A stretch of DNA of 62,338 nucleotides, the filler included. It is 4 parts of 4 records of this genome, joined end to end, with 100 filler letters (N's around TTAATTAATTAA, not from the genome) between each part and the next. Parts side by side here need not be neighbours in the genome. Positions count along the whole stretch, not along the records: positions 1 to 31,908 come from SRR31156797_8078; 3 more parts are not named here. One strand, given 5' to 3'. This document shows positions 17,042 through 27,215 of this stretch, piece after piece. The notes under the pieces were generated by a model. That model searched no databases and was not told the DNA's origin. It worked only from the letters and a program-made list of their open reading frames with translations. Both the position numbers and the translations under genes were made by a program. Numbering within the stretch: position 1 is the stretch's first letter; each line of letters opens with the position of its first letter.

Positions 17042-17238
17042 TTCTACCTTATTCGTTGCTAACATGTTACTGGTTTAAATATGAATATCTTAAATTCAAT
17101 TATCTCACAAGATTTCACATCTATAAATGTAAAACTAATCAAGCAATACAATTATCATATTGTAGAATTATATTCTTAGAATCATTTTAAATTTGTTAAA
17201 CAATAGTTAGCTTATTGCTACATTAAAATATATCGTAT

Positions 17239-17266
17239 AAAAAAAGAGCTTCGTTGAACGAGGCTC
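17239..17266 (-). terminator. Intrinsic terminator
   Basis: GAGCTTCGTT-G-AACGAGGCTC stem with a preceding A7 run on +, downstream of the stop at 17304. Confidence 0.65.
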
Positions 17267-17303
17267 CTTCTTATTCTGGTTTCATTGCAAGTAAACAGAT
17301 GCA

Positions 17304-18449
17304 CTAATTTTCATCTCTTTTTCCCATATCATGCTCTAAAAACCAATCGTATATCTCCTGTTTTGTATAAACATGCCAGTCCATCCAATGTCCGACATTT
17401 GGCTCTGCTGTGAACTTTATATTTTTATCTTTTCTCATAAGTTCATTCACCAACCACTCTGTATCTTCAAATTCTACAATCCTATCAATTTTGCCATGGA
17501 ATGCCCAGATAGGCATATCAATCAACCGGTCTATATTGTTCTCGATAAAATCCATATGACGAGTAAAACCACTCATGGGTGCAATGGCTGCAAATTTATC
17601 GGGATGCTTCATAGCCAAATACCAGGTTCCCGAACCGCCCAAGCTCACACCTGTAAGATAAATTCGGTCTGTATCTACTCTGTATTTTGATGTGATTTCC
17701 TGATAAAAGTTCTCAAACCAATCGTCGGTCGACCATCTTTGATTTATCGGACATTGAGGAGCTACAATTACAAAAGGAAATTCTCTTCCACGCCAGATCT
17801 GATCGGGAATGCCATGCGAAAACAATTTTATGGTGTCTTGTCCACGACTCGATCCTCCATGCAAATAAATGATCAAAGGCCATTTCTTTAGGCTGTCTGC
17901 CTGATAAGTTTTGGGTGTATAACTGATATAATGATAATTGGTGTCCTTTTTATGCTGATTTTCTCCTCTTACAAATGTCATTTCTCTTTGCAAAGAACCA
18001 TCCTCATTCCACCAGGTGCATTTTCCATGTTTCTGCCCCTTGTTATAATGTTGTACTGATTCTCTTTCTCCATTCAAATACCAATATTCATGCAGACCAT
18101 CTCGTAACCCTTTCGAATAGTTATTTTTACTTAGTAGCAACCCATTTTTATACCACCTTTTAAATTCTCCCTCTTTGGTGTTACCTTTGTAATTGCACCA
18201 CAAGCTTTTCTCTTTTATCCTCTTATCAAAAGCAGAGTATGTACCCTCCATTTGAATTTGTCCATCAGGATAATAATCCCGAACATGATACAATCTCTTA
18301 ATCGAGTCAAACTCAATCAATCGCTTATAAACAATAGTATCTTTGTTCGAAACCCTATCATGCAAATAATAGGTTTCAACTTGCTGAGCTTGGACTTTTA
18401 TAGAACAAACCAATACGGCGAACAATAAAATGATTTTCCTGAGCTTCAT
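17304..18449 (-). CDS. MORN-variant repeat / alpha-beta hydrolase (predicted peptidase/esterase) fusion
   Basis: N-terminal YYPDGQIQMEG, WYKNG, WYLNG, WWNEDG repeats; C-terminal PLIIYLHG, GVSLGG nucleophile, WAFHGKID and GH. Confidence 0.8.
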   Translation of the reverse strand: MKLRKIILLFAVLVCSIKVQAQQVETYYLHDRVSNKDTIVYKRLIEFDSIKRLYHVRDYYPDGQIQMEGTYSAFDKRIKEKSLWCNYKGNTKEGEFKRWYKNGLLLSKNNYSKGLRDGLHEYWYLNGERESVQHYNKGQKHGKCTWWNEDGSLQREMTFVRGENQHKKDTNYHYISYTPKTYQADSLKKWPLIIYLHGGSSRGQDTIKLFSHGIPDQIWRGREFPFVIVAPQCPINQRWSTDDWFENFYQEITSKYRVDTDRIYLTGVSLGGSGTWYLAMKHPDKFAAIAPMSGFTRHMDFIENNIDRLIDMPIWAFHGKIDRIVEFEDTEWLVNELMRKDKNIKFTAEPNVGHWMDWHVYTKQEIYDWFLEHDMGKRDEN

Positions 18450-18473
18450 ATTACGATTGAATTATAGTATATC

Positions 18474-19736
18474 CTAGTCAACAATTTTTGTTCTCAATGT
18501 TTTCATTCTTTGCTTATAGTAATCATTACCACTTATTGCATAAGCTTTAGTCACATACAAAGCTGCTTTTACAAAGTCCTTATTTCTTTCGTAGTAATCT
18601 GCCATTGAATCGTATACATTTGGACTGTTGGGATAAAATTCGATTCCGAACTCGAAAAACATTTTAGATTTTTCCAATTGTCCCATATCTAAACTCATAT
18701 ATCCTAAGGCATTCAAAAGATCCTCTGGATATGGTGGTACTTTATACTTAAAATAGCTCTCCAATTTTTCAGCTCGATACTTAATGATTTTATCCAAATC
18801 TTCTTTTGATGTTTCTGGCGAGTTGAACTTATCTGTATTTTCCATTTGATACCACTCAAAATCAAATATCAAACCATCCATAATGGAAGGCAATGGAATG
18901 GTGCCATGCAAATCTCTTGGATAGAATTTCCATTCAAAGTTCAATCCATTTTTCGGCTCCCGTTTTATCAGATTAGAAAAGGCAATATTCGATCTCGCAA
19001 ATAAAGTGAACTCACTGGAATCCTGCATTATATTTTCGATCGTTATTTCTGGATTTTGCATGTGCAACTGTCCTCCTAAGGATAGAAATAATGATTTGCC
19101 TTTGTAATTCTTTCCAGAAAGCTTCTCTTGTGCTTCCTTCAGCAATTTTTGATTGTCCCAATCCAAACTTGGATCAATAGCAACATAGTTAGCAAACAAT
19201 TCGGGATGATTGATCAATGTATAAATGGCAAATAGTCCTCCGTACGAATGTCCTATTAAAGTTCTAAACTTGCTTACCGGATATTTTTCCTCCACAAATG
19301 GGATCAACTCCGATTGAATAAATTTACTAAAATTAGCTGCCTCTCCATTTTCCTCTTTAAAGGGCATACCATACTTCTCTGTAATTTTAGAAGTAGTTAA
19401 ATCTCTGGTTCTGTTCCTGGCATTTGAAATACCAACCAAAATCATATCGGGCATAAAACCACCACTGTAAAAACTATGAACACTGTTAACTGCTGGCAAA
19501 AGCACTTCCCCATCCAAACAATAAGCAACCGGATATTTCTTGTTTTCATCTGGCTTGAAATCGGCAGGAAGTTGAATGTATATTTTTCTGTATTCTTGTA
19601 GAATCTCGGAATATAAACTATCTGAGAGTCCGATATTTTGCAAATAGTGAGCATTCTGTTTGCTCTGGGCAATTGTAAACTGTTGCAAAAATACCATGAG
19701 AGCGATAAGTAAAACTGTACGCGTTCGATTCATCAT
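18474..19736 (-). CDS. Secreted esterase (IroE/Fes-like alpha-beta hydrolase) with C-terminal TPR
   Basis: YPVAYCLDG, RTRDLT, GHSYGG, HGTIP; C-terminal TPR (NALGY...YPNSPNVYDSMADYY). Confidence 0.85.
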   Translation of the reverse strand: MMNRTRTVLLIALMVFLQQFTIAQSKQNAHYLQNIGLSDSLYSEILQEYRKIYIQLPADFKPDENKKYPVAYCLDGEVLLPAVNSVHSFYSGGFMPDMILVGISNARNRTRDLTTSKITEKYGMPFKEENGEAANFSKFIQSELIPFVEEKYPVSKFRTLIGHSYGGLFAIYTLINHPELFANYVAIDPSLDWDNQKLLKEAQEKLSGKNYKGKSLFLSLGGQLHMQNPEITIENIMQDSSEFTLFARSNIAFSNLIKREPKNGLNFEWKFYPRDLHGTIPLPSIMDGLIFDFEWYQMENTDKFNSPETSKEDLDKIIKYRAEKLESYFKYKVPPYPEDLLNALGYMSLDMGQLEKSKMFFEFGIEFYPNSPNVYDSMADYYERNKDFVKAALYVTKAYAISGNDYYKQRMKTLRTKIVD

Positions 19737-19913
19737 TTATCTGGTTTTTATTTCAATCAATTAGAAAGGATTCACTAGTTAACACTTTCAGTTTTGATTC
19801 ACAAGTATGACCGTTAATTTAGAATCAAATATCCCATTTATCAAAATGCTCTGAATCTAAAGCTATTCTAAAATATCCTTCCAGATCTATAACAAACTGA
19901 AAAGCAGATTGAA

Positions 19914-20948
19914 CTACTTTGCCTTTTCAAATTGAATCAATTCCTCAATTCTTCTTTTAGTTTTCTCATCCATTAATGCAAAAATTTCTTCGCTTGTTTT
20001 TCCTTCATGTGGCAAATACCATATGCATCTAGAGTAGAATTTAAACAAATCCTCCGATTTAAATTTATATCCCTTACGTGCAAAAAAGTAATTTCTCAAC
20101 ACCCTTAACCTGTCAGCACTCAAAGGTTCTAACTCTTCCAATTCTGCTATCTCCGCCTGGTAAGCCAAAGAATCTGGATCCTGATACCTGGCAGTTCTTC
20201 CTGGAACATATATGTTAATATCCTCAATGGGTTTCAAGTTCCTTTTTTTCAACTCTATAAAACCATTCTTAATGTAAAAATTTCTTCTTCTTTTATTTCC
20301 TACACCTACTATTTTCCAATCATCGTAATAGGAAATGTCATCAAGAATTTCAAATTCAATATCATTTCCCATATCAATCTGAAGCGTAAAGTCTGCAATT
20401 CCTTTACCAGCCCAATTCTTTGCCGTCAATAGTACGTAATTGTAAAAACTGCCACCTGAACTATCGTAACCTCCATTAAAAGAATAGGTATGCTTTACAA
20501 TGTTAAGACCACTTTTAAACCTGGCTTTAAAATAGTAAACGTAGTTCCATTCCCCTTCTACTTCCTTTAATTTGGTAAAAGGCGTATCCTTTAACAATCC
20601 GAACTTATAATCCGTCAAACTATCATTTATTACCACTGTAAAATTTTCTATGTCTGGCTTTCTTTTTTCAATATCAACACTGTCAACATCAGAATATTCC
20701 GGAGAGTATTTTGGAGGAACAACAAAACCTACTGTGAGTTCCTTTTCTTCTTTCGGATTAAAAAATTCAAAATAGACATCCACATACATATCATTCCGTA
20801 AAGTAAGTTTTAATACCTCCCTCTGGATTTCAATATCAGACTCCAATACTGGAAACAAATCTCCTCCACTACTATTCAGTACAGAATCATTGGATTGAAA
20901 AAGTAATGCCAACAATACAATCAATCCAATTTTTAAATATTTAATCAT
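19914..20948 (-). CDS. DUF4424-like / YARHG domain protein
   Basis: YVLLTAKNWAG..IADFTLQID; C-terminal LRVLRNYFFARKGYKFKS.DL..FY...WY (YARHG variant). Confidence 0.7.
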   Translation of the reverse strand: MIKYLKIGLIVLLALLFQSNDSVLNSSGGDLFPVLESDIEIQREVLKLTLRNDMYVDVYFEFFNPKEEKELTVGFVVPPKYSPEYSDVDSVDIEKRKPDIENFTVVINDSLTDYKFGLLKDTPFTKLKEVEGEWNYVYYFKARFKSGLNIVKHTYSFNGGYDSSGGSFYNYVLLTAKNWAGKGIADFTLQIDMGNDIEFEILDDISYYDDWKIVGVGNKRRRNFYIKNGFIELKKRNLKPIEDINIYVPGRTARYQDPDSLAYQAEIAELEELEPLSADRLRVLRNYFFARKGYKFKSEDLFKFYSRCIWYLPHEGKTSEEIFALMDEKTKRRIEELIQFEKAK

Positions 20949-21324
20949 GATTTATTTTTTCTATTGCTAAAGATAATATTCTTTTCAGTTTACGTTTTTT
21001 CAAATTCGTTTCAATAAAAATAAAACCACCCCAAGCTAAAGGATCAAACATCTGAAAAGCTAGAGAATCTGCTCCCGCATCAATTGATTTTATATTCTTC
21101 ATTTCAAGATGTCTCAGAACAGTAATATTTGTTACGTATCCGTCAATAACAACTAATGGATCAGGTTTATCTTTATGTGTTAAACAGGTATCTACCTTAA
21201 AAGTAAGTTTGGTTTTAATTAAGGAGTCAACCACTATTGTCAACGGTTCAGATTGACAGTATACATCTGTACACAAGACGAATAACAATCCTACCAATCC
21301 AATAAGTTTAATCGTACCACCCAT
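20941..21324 (-). CDS. Hypothetical secreted protein, TonB-plug-like fragment
   Basis: Signal peptide; DPLVVIDG...IKSID...GGFIFIET resembles a plug-domain motif. Overlaps the next gene by 8 nt. Confidence 0.5.
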   Translation of the reverse strand: MGGTIKLIGLVGLLFVLCTDVYCQSEPLTIVVDSLIKTKLTFKVDTCLTHKDKPDPLVVIDGYVTNITVLRHLEMKNIKSIDAGADSLAFQMFDPLAWGGFIFIETNLKKRKLKRILSLAIEKINHD

Positions 21325-21348
21325 TGCTCATCAATTTTCTAAAAGATA

Positions 21349-21864
21349 CTACCTGTCAAGTCTTTTCTGCTTTTTAATGATTTCTACTATTTTCTTACCA
21401 TTAAATGCCACCAAACCCTCACCAATTTTAATATGATTTTTTCCGTAATCGAAATGAATGGTAACAGGATTCAAATCATATACTCTCATCTTTTCCGGAT
21501 GATGCTTAAATCCTAGAATCGTAACAGACCCATGAGATTTATAGGATTCTGCTTTTTCATTTATCCTACATGTAGGTTTGTGAATTTTTTGTAAATCATA
21601 TCGTACCGTTTTATACTTTTTCAATAAATACGATTCTATCACTAAAAACTCAGTATTAATAACAATGAGCTTATAACCAATTAATTTATTCAACCATGGC
21701 AAAAAAAATACAATTGCCAATATCGATCCAACTACTCCAAGTATAATTTCAATAACCCCTTTCTCGGAATATATCGGAATAAAAGCGAATAACAATAAGG
21801 CAGGAAATAAGATAAACTCAGATATTTTTCTTTTGTATTTAATTTCTTCTTGGTATAAATCCAT
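21349..21864 (-). CDS. Hypothetical membrane protein with two N-terminal TM helices
   Basis: Co-oriented 171-aa ORF with two hydrophobic segments and tight spacing to its neighbours. Confidence 0.6.
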   Translation of the reverse strand: MDLYQEEIKYKRKISEFILFPALLLFAFIPIYSEKGVIEIILGVVGSILAIVFFLPWLNKLIGYKLIVINTEFLVIESYLLKKYKTVRYDLQKIHKPTCRINEKAESYKSHGSVTILGFKHHPEKMRVYDLNPVTIHFDYGKNHIKIGEGLVAFNGKKIVEIIKKQKRLDR

Positions 21865-22014
21865 TTTCCTTTTGTTTTTTTAATTTAATCGTATTTGTAT
21901 CACAATTTACCTTACTCATATAAGAATCAGGTTCGTTTATTAAAATTCTTTTATATCATATCAGCTACTTCTATTTCAATCTGTTTATCTCCCGATAAGC
22001 ATAAGCAATATTCA

Positions 22015-23016
22015 TCACTTAATTATCCATTCCAAATAATCATCCAACAAAGCAGAGAACTCCTCCACATACTCATGCCCCTTATCCTTATTGATGATCA
22101 ACTTGGTATTCCCTCCTTGTTTGTCTATCTTCTCCATTAGTATTTTTTGATTACCTATGGCAAAATCATTCTCTCCTGTAATCAATCCAATCCTTTTCTT
22201 TTTTGCCACGAAGTTCGAAATTGCATTGTCTGATATATCCTTTGGCACTACCGGACAATTCACCACCAATCCACTCATGGGAATTAATTCGTCGAATGCC
22301 AACTGAAGCACTAGATAACCACCAGCCGACATGCCCGAAAAGATAATTTTGTTTCTATCCACAGGAAAGGACTCTGTTACATTCTCATAGATGCTTCTCA
22401 GTTCTTTTATCGTTTTTTCATCATTGTACTTCCACTTGTATTCTCCTTTATTTTTATTGCTAAAAGCGTAGGATTGAACAAATACCGAAATGTATTTCGT
22501 TTGCATCACTTCCGATAGCCACGATTCTTGTGCCCATTTCATATTGCTACTATTCCCATGCAATACAAATACGAGTGGATACCTTTTATCCTTATCGTAA
22601 GCGGTAGGCAGAACTACCTCATGTTCAATATGAGAATTTTGATACCAATTGCGCTCTACACTTGCCAATTCTTTAAAATCCAAATTCCCCTTATAATACT
22701 TGTCGTAAGAAGGATTGTCTAAACCAAAGCAGTATCCTTTTTCATGACCGGTTTTCCATATGTCAGTTGCTTTTTTGTACTGAGCATTTCGGGTATACAA
22801 GCCTCCAAGAAAAGTAATCGCATCTTCCTCTTCGGCAGGAAAAGTTTTATAAGCGTATTCAGCAAGCAGAATCGCTGAATCCAATTGGTTATCATGATAA
22901 TACTTTAAGGTACGAGGAATCATCTCCTCAAAGGAATTGTATTTATTAAGTTGTGCAAAACTTGTGCTCACACTTAAAACCAATACACAAAGGGGCAAAA
23001 GGATTTTGGATCTCAT
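22015..23016 (-). CDS. Secreted TPR + alpha-beta hydrolase (phospholipase/carboxylesterase-like)
   Basis: Signal peptide; YPLVFVLHG; GMSAGG nucleophile; GEND; GHEY. Confidence 0.8.
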   Translation of the reverse strand: MRSKILLPLCVLVLSVSTSFAQLNKYNSFEEMIPRTLKYYHDNQLDSAILLAEYAYKTFPAEEEDAITFLGGLYTRNAQYKKATDIWKTGHEKGYCFGLDNPSYDKYYKGNLDFKELASVERNWYQNSHIEHEVVLPTAYDKDKRYPLVFVLHGNSSNMKWAQESWLSEVMQTKYISVFVQSYAFSNKNKGEYKWKYNDEKTIKELRSIYENVTESFPVDRNKIIFSGMSAGGYLVLQLAFDELIPMSGLVVNCPVVPKDISDNAISNFVAKKKRIGLITGENDFAIGNQKILMEKIDKQGGNTKLIINKDKGHEYVEEFSALLDDYLEWIIK

Positions 23017-23082
23017 CGTTTTTTGAATTATTGTTTGTTTTGATACTTTATCATAGGCTCATTTATAGCCTTAAGCTTTTTA

Positions 23083-23946
23083 TTATCCCAATTCAAATGT
23101 GGTCACTCCATAAACCTTATTCAACTCAAACTCTGGAGGATTGCCATAGTACATTCTTGCGCACTCAAAAACATAATTGGCGACATATTTTTTTACAAGA
23201 GCCCTTGCTCCCTGATTGATAAATGGAATATCCAAATACAAAGGCTCTCCAACTACTGAATTCAAACAGGCTTTGTAAAGCTCTTCTGCAATACTGTCAT
23301 TATCTGCAAATAGTGGACAAACCTTATATCCAACATAGGCTTTCCTTACAATGGCAAAGCCTTTCAATTCACCATCTTCTACATACTTAAATGTTTTGTT
23401 CCCGGGCAATTGTAACCAGGGAATGAGAAACTGCGGACGCGAAAATCCAAAACATTCTTTGTCGTATGCTACAATTGTTGCTACATCTTCTTCTCTTATG
23501 GGATAAATGTTTTGATCCAGATCGAATGGCATTCCCATCTTTTCGTATCGGATATCCCTGTAGGCTATTTCAAAGCCACCTTTCTGATAGAATGCCTGCA
23601 TATCCACCACTCCATCCATTCCTATGCTTGCATCCTTATTTAATCTCGATAGCAAAGTATCTCGCCTTTGATACCACAATTTCCGACCTATGCCTTTCGA
23701 TCTGTACTCCGGACGAACAATAAAGAAGCCCATAAATCCGAATTCTTTATTGTAAGAGACAATCGATCCGCCTCCAATCAATTCTCCTTGATAATAGTAT
23801 CCATAAAAACCATCTGGATCTGTTGCCCAAAACACATCAGCGTCATTAGGTCCAGGATTCCACCCTTCTTCTTCAGCCCATTTTAATAGAATTTGTAAGC
23901 CCTTAAAATCCAATTTCTGAAATTGCAATTGATCTATATTGTCCAT
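23083..23946 (-). CDS. GNAT acetyltransferase with YitH/HolE-type second GNAT domain
   Basis: WAEEEGWNPG; FFIVRPEYRSKGIGRKL acetyl-CoA motif; KVCPLFAD; FECARMY; TTFELG. TTG at 23970 is an alternative start. Confidence 0.85.
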   Translation of the reverse strand: MDNIDQLQFQKLDFKGLQILLKWAEEEGWNPGPNDADVFWATDPDGFYGYYYQGELIGGGSIVSYNKEFGFMGFFIVRPEYRSKGIGRKLWYQRRDTLLSRLNKDASIGMDGVVDMQAFYQKGGFEIAYRDIRYEKMGMPFDLDQNIYPIREEDVATIVAYDKECFGFSRPQFLIPWLQLPGNKTFKYVEDGELKGFAIVRKAYVGYKVCPLFADNDSIAEELYKACLNSVVGEPLYLDIPFINQGARALVKKYVANYVFECARMYYGNPPEFELNKVYGVTTFELG

Positions 23947-24090
23947 AAATCTTTTATTTAAGTCTACCAATTCCTAAAATATACGACATTAGAATCAAGT
24001 TGGAAAAACCAAGGAAGTACAAATCTTCTTTGTTGTGAAATTTATACTTACGACTCAAAACTTAGAATTTGATAATTATTATAAATCTAA

Positions 24091-24154
24091 CCTTCCGTAA
24101 AAGAAGATAACAGTTTTAACTGCTTACGCAGAGCACGAGCTACAAGCTAGCACC
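24091..24154. repeat. REP-like hairpin element, copy A
   Basis: CCTTCCGTAAAAGAAG...TTTTAACTGC..CAGAGCACGAGCTACAAGCT aligns over about 60 nt with copy B at 27130. Confidence 0.75.
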
Positions 24155-24156
24155 AA

Positions 24157-25959
24157 TTATTTTCTCGTAGCTTTAAAGCTGCCGTTAGGTTGTATCAATA
24201 CAATTTCTTTTATCGATTTATCATCAGATTCCACAAACTCAACTTTAAATCCCTCTAAAGTTTTAAAAGAAAACTTATGCTTGTCTGTTGCCAACAACTC
24301 GTACTCTGGCTGTCCTTTTACAAAAAGATAGAGCTTACTTTCATTTTTAATGTATACTTTAATTTCAGTTCCAGCCAACTCATAAGTCCCTGCGTAGCTT
24401 TCTAAAGTCTCTTTCTTAACATCAATTACATTGGGTTTGTGCTTAAATTCAATCGGATGATCCAAAGTTCTCTCCACCTTCATTTTCACCATTGAAATCT
24501 CTCCTCCATTGTTGGTAGAAAAATTCAATCGCAAAGGACTATTCTCCGTAGTATCAATCCCTGTTTTAGTCACCTCAATGGGTTCAAAAATATCGTAGTG
24601 TACATGCTTTAAATAGAATGTTTTCAACTTAAAGTTTGCAAACAATGAATCATTTTGATTGCTGATATTGAATTCACCATAGCCAGGATTTGAATACATA
24701 CCCGTATAATCCTGCAAAATATGCGATGGTTTTGTGTTTTCTATTTTCGAAGATCCTTTTTTAGAATTCGCCTCTTCTTCTTCTTGTTTCGCTTTTAATT
24801 TATTCTTTGCAAATCGTTTCGCCCAATCTGTTTTTTGTGTTTTTAACATTCTATCGGCAACCGTATTTCTAACCAGGTTGGGAACTGCCGATCCATTTTG
24901 ATTGGCTAAGACCACCACTCCAATACTATCACTTGGAAAAAAAGCCACATTGGCTGAAAAGCCATCAATGTTTCCACCATGCTGAACTCGATAATGTCCT
25001 TTATAAGATGAAAGAAACCAGCCATAACCATAGTTCGATAGGTGAATATCCGGAAACTCTTTGTCGGGAAGAGCTCCTCCAATAACCATTTGAGAACTTA
25101 TCGCTTCATCCACATAAGCTTCAGGAAGTATTTGCTCACCCTTAAACTTCCCTTTATTTATCCAGCTTATCAGCCAGTTCGACATCTCATTCACACTACT
25201 GTTAATGCTGCCTGCCGGACTCATCCCTGCAATATGATAGTAATCCATTTTGCTTAGTATACTGTCCTTCTGCAACTCATAGCCAATGGCAATGTTCGAA
25301 CTTTTCTCCAATTCGTCAATAGATACATTCGACCTAATCATACCCAATGGGGTAAAGAAGCGCTCTTTTATATTTTCCTCCCAGCTTTTTCCGGTAATAC
25401 GTTCCGCAATTACACCCTGAGCCAGAAACATGAAGTTGTTGTAATGCCATTTTTCCCTTACACCTGTAAAAGGTTCCTGATCTTGTACACGAAGAAGCAA
25501 GCTATCTTTATTATGGGTCGGAAAAAGATACCATGAATAATCATGACGAGGCAAGCCGGTTCTATGACACATTAAATCTTTTACAATAATGTGCTTATTC
25601 ATTTCATCATTGTAAAACTTAAAATCAGATAGGTATTTCAATGGGCTTTCATCAAAAGAAATTTTATCTTCCTGGCGCAATTGACCCAAAATAGAAGATG
25701 TAAAGGCTTTTGAACTTGAACCTATCGCATACAAGGTATTGGCATCAGCAGGAATTTTATTTTCAACATCTTTGTAGCCAAATCCTTTGGCATAAATAAT
25801 TTTATCGCCTTCGACTATGGCTACTGCAAAGCCTGGTGCTTTGGTAACTTCCAGGATACTTTCCAACTCCTTTTCAAGTCCTTTTAAACGCTTATCCTGT
25901 TGGGCAAATACCGTTGATACCGAGAGGATGGTCAATAGGGCAATTAGTATTTTTCTCAT
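24157..25959 (-). CDS. Serine hydrolase (class C beta-lactamase/PBP-like) with C-terminal DUF3471 domains
   Basis: SSSK (SxxK), LMCHRTG, YNN (YxN), PAGSINS, HGG; two C-terminal Y.G.Y modules. Confidence 0.9.
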   Translation of the reverse strand: MRKILIALLTILSVSTVFAQQDKRLKGLEKELESILEVTKAPGFAVAIVEGDKIIYAKGFGYKDVENKIPADANTLYAIGSSSKAFTSSILGQLRQEDKISFDESPLKYLSDFKFYNDEMNKHIIVKDLMCHRTGLPRHDYSWYLFPTHNKDSLLLRVQDQEPFTGVREKWHYNNFMFLAQGVIAERITGKSWEENIKERFFTPLGMIRSNVSIDELEKSSNIAIGYELQKDSILSKMDYYHIAGMSPAGSINSSVNEMSNWLISWINKGKFKGEQILPEAYVDEAISSQMVIGGALPDKEFPDIHLSNYGYGWFLSSYKGHYRVQHGGNIDGFSANVAFFPSDSIGVVVLANQNGSAVPNLVRNTVADRMLKTQKTDWAKRFAKNKLKAKQEEEEANSKKGSSKIENTKPSHILQDYTGMYSNPGYGEFNISNQNDSLFANFKLKTFYLKHVHYDIFEPIEVTKTGIDTTENSPLRLNFSTNNGGEISMVKMKVERTLDHPIEFKHKPNVIDVKKETLESYAGTYELAGTEIKVYIKNESKLYLFVKGQPEYELLATDKHKFSFKTLEGFKVEFVESDDKSIKEIVLIQPNGSFKATRK

Positions 25960-25972
25960 GACTGTGTTGGGT

Positions 25973-27097
25973 CTAATGTGAATTAATCTTTTTTAAATTT
26001 TCTTTTGCTACTTCATAATCAGGTTTCAGCTCGACTGCTTTTTTAAAATTTTCTTCTGCTTTCTTAGTTTGTTGCTTGGCAAGTAAAGCCTCTCCCAAAT
26101 AATTATACGCTGCAAATGATGTATTATAAGTTGATGTATATTTTTCGAATATTTCAATACTCATATCTACTTTATTGTTTTTAAGGCAATAATTCCCAAG
26201 TATTTGAAAAATATCTTCTGGTATTTTAACGGTATAGCCATATTTTTCAGACAAGCTAGCATAATGCTGTTCTATTGAAGCCATTCCTTTATATATAACC
26301 TGCTGAATTTTCACCCAATCAGAATAGATATAGTCCATACCATAGCTAAAACTAAAAGGAAGGTTTGTTGCATGAGTAGCATCATTAACAACATAACTTT
26401 CCCATTGGAGCTTATCGTTTTCATGACTTTTTAAATACGATGAAAAACGATTGATCTTATCAATAGATTCCTGTGGTTCCTTTTCTCCAATAGACATATG
26501 AAGAAAAGTGTTTTTGTCAAGCTTGTTTATTGGAGAAGCATCGACACAAAGCTCATCAATATTATGCTTTAAACTCGGACTACCTGCTATATATGCATTA
26601 AATGTTTCTGGGTAATTCTTAAAACAATGTAAGGTAAACATACCTGTATACGAGTATCCATATAGAATTCTAAATGGTTCCGTCCTATAATTTTCATTGA
26701 TATAAGGAAACAGTTCTTTTTTAAAAAAAGAAACAAATTTATCTGCATTTCCACTTTCTGGAATGGAATCGACTCCCGGCTTAAAATCTTTATATCTGTC
26801 AATATTAGGAATTCCCACCACTATCATTTTAGGCATTGTCCGTAGCCATGAATTAAGATCTACTAGACCTGACAAAGGCTTAAATGTATTTTCTGCGTCC
26901 ATAATGTAAAGCACAGGATAGTTCGAAACATTATTATCATACCCCTCAGGTAGGTGTATATAGATATCTCTATTCTGATTTAAAATTTCTGAATGTATTG
27001 TATGTTTTTTCCCAATAACAATCTCCTCCTTTTGCGCAAAAAGGCTACATACAGAAAATACTGTGATAATAATTAAGGTAAAAGTGGCTTTTTTCAT
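25973..27097 (-). CDS. Secreted esterase (alpha-beta hydrolase) with C-terminal TPR
   Basis: YPVLYIMD, MIVVGI, GYSYTG (GxSxG-like), H in ATHAT; TPR AYNYLGEA...KAVELKPD. Confidence 0.85.
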   Translation of the reverse strand: MKKATFTLIIITVFSVCSLFAQKEEIVIGKKHTIHSEILNQNRDIYIHLPEGYDNNVSNYPVLYIMDAENTFKPLSGLVDLNSWLRTMPKMIVVGIPNIDRYKDFKPGVDSIPESGNADKFVSFFKKELFPYINENYRTEPFRILYGYSYTGMFTLHCFKNYPETFNAYIAGSPSLKHNIDELCVDASPINKLDKNTFLHMSIGEKEPQESIDKINRFSSYLKSHENDKLQWESYVVNDATHATNLPFSFSYGMDYIYSDWVKIQQVIYKGMASIEQHYASLSEKYGYTVKIPEDIFQILGNYCLKNNKVDMSIEIFEKYTSTYNTSFAAYNYLGEALLAKQQTKKAEENFKKAVELKPDYEVAKENLKKINSH

Positions 27098-27129
27098 TTC
27101 AGTTTATTTTAATATTACTACAATTATAG

Positions 27130-27201
27130 CCTTCTGTTATGGAAGGGGATATTTTTAACTGCGTCCTCAGAGCACGAGCTACAAGCTCGCGCTAGCAGGG
27201 G
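27130..27201. repeat. REP-like hairpin element, copy B (best preserved)
   Basis: GCACGAGC-TACAA-GCTCGCGC hairpin (27172-27192) followed by TAGCAGGGG. Confidence 0.8.
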
Positions 27202-27215
27202 TACATTGGTTTTTG

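Noticed and set aside
24157-25959. Bona fide AmpC resistance gene
   Set aside because: SxxK/YxN/HGG with DUF3471 tails is typical of the broad serine-hydrolase/peptidase family; beta-lactamase activity cannot be inferred.
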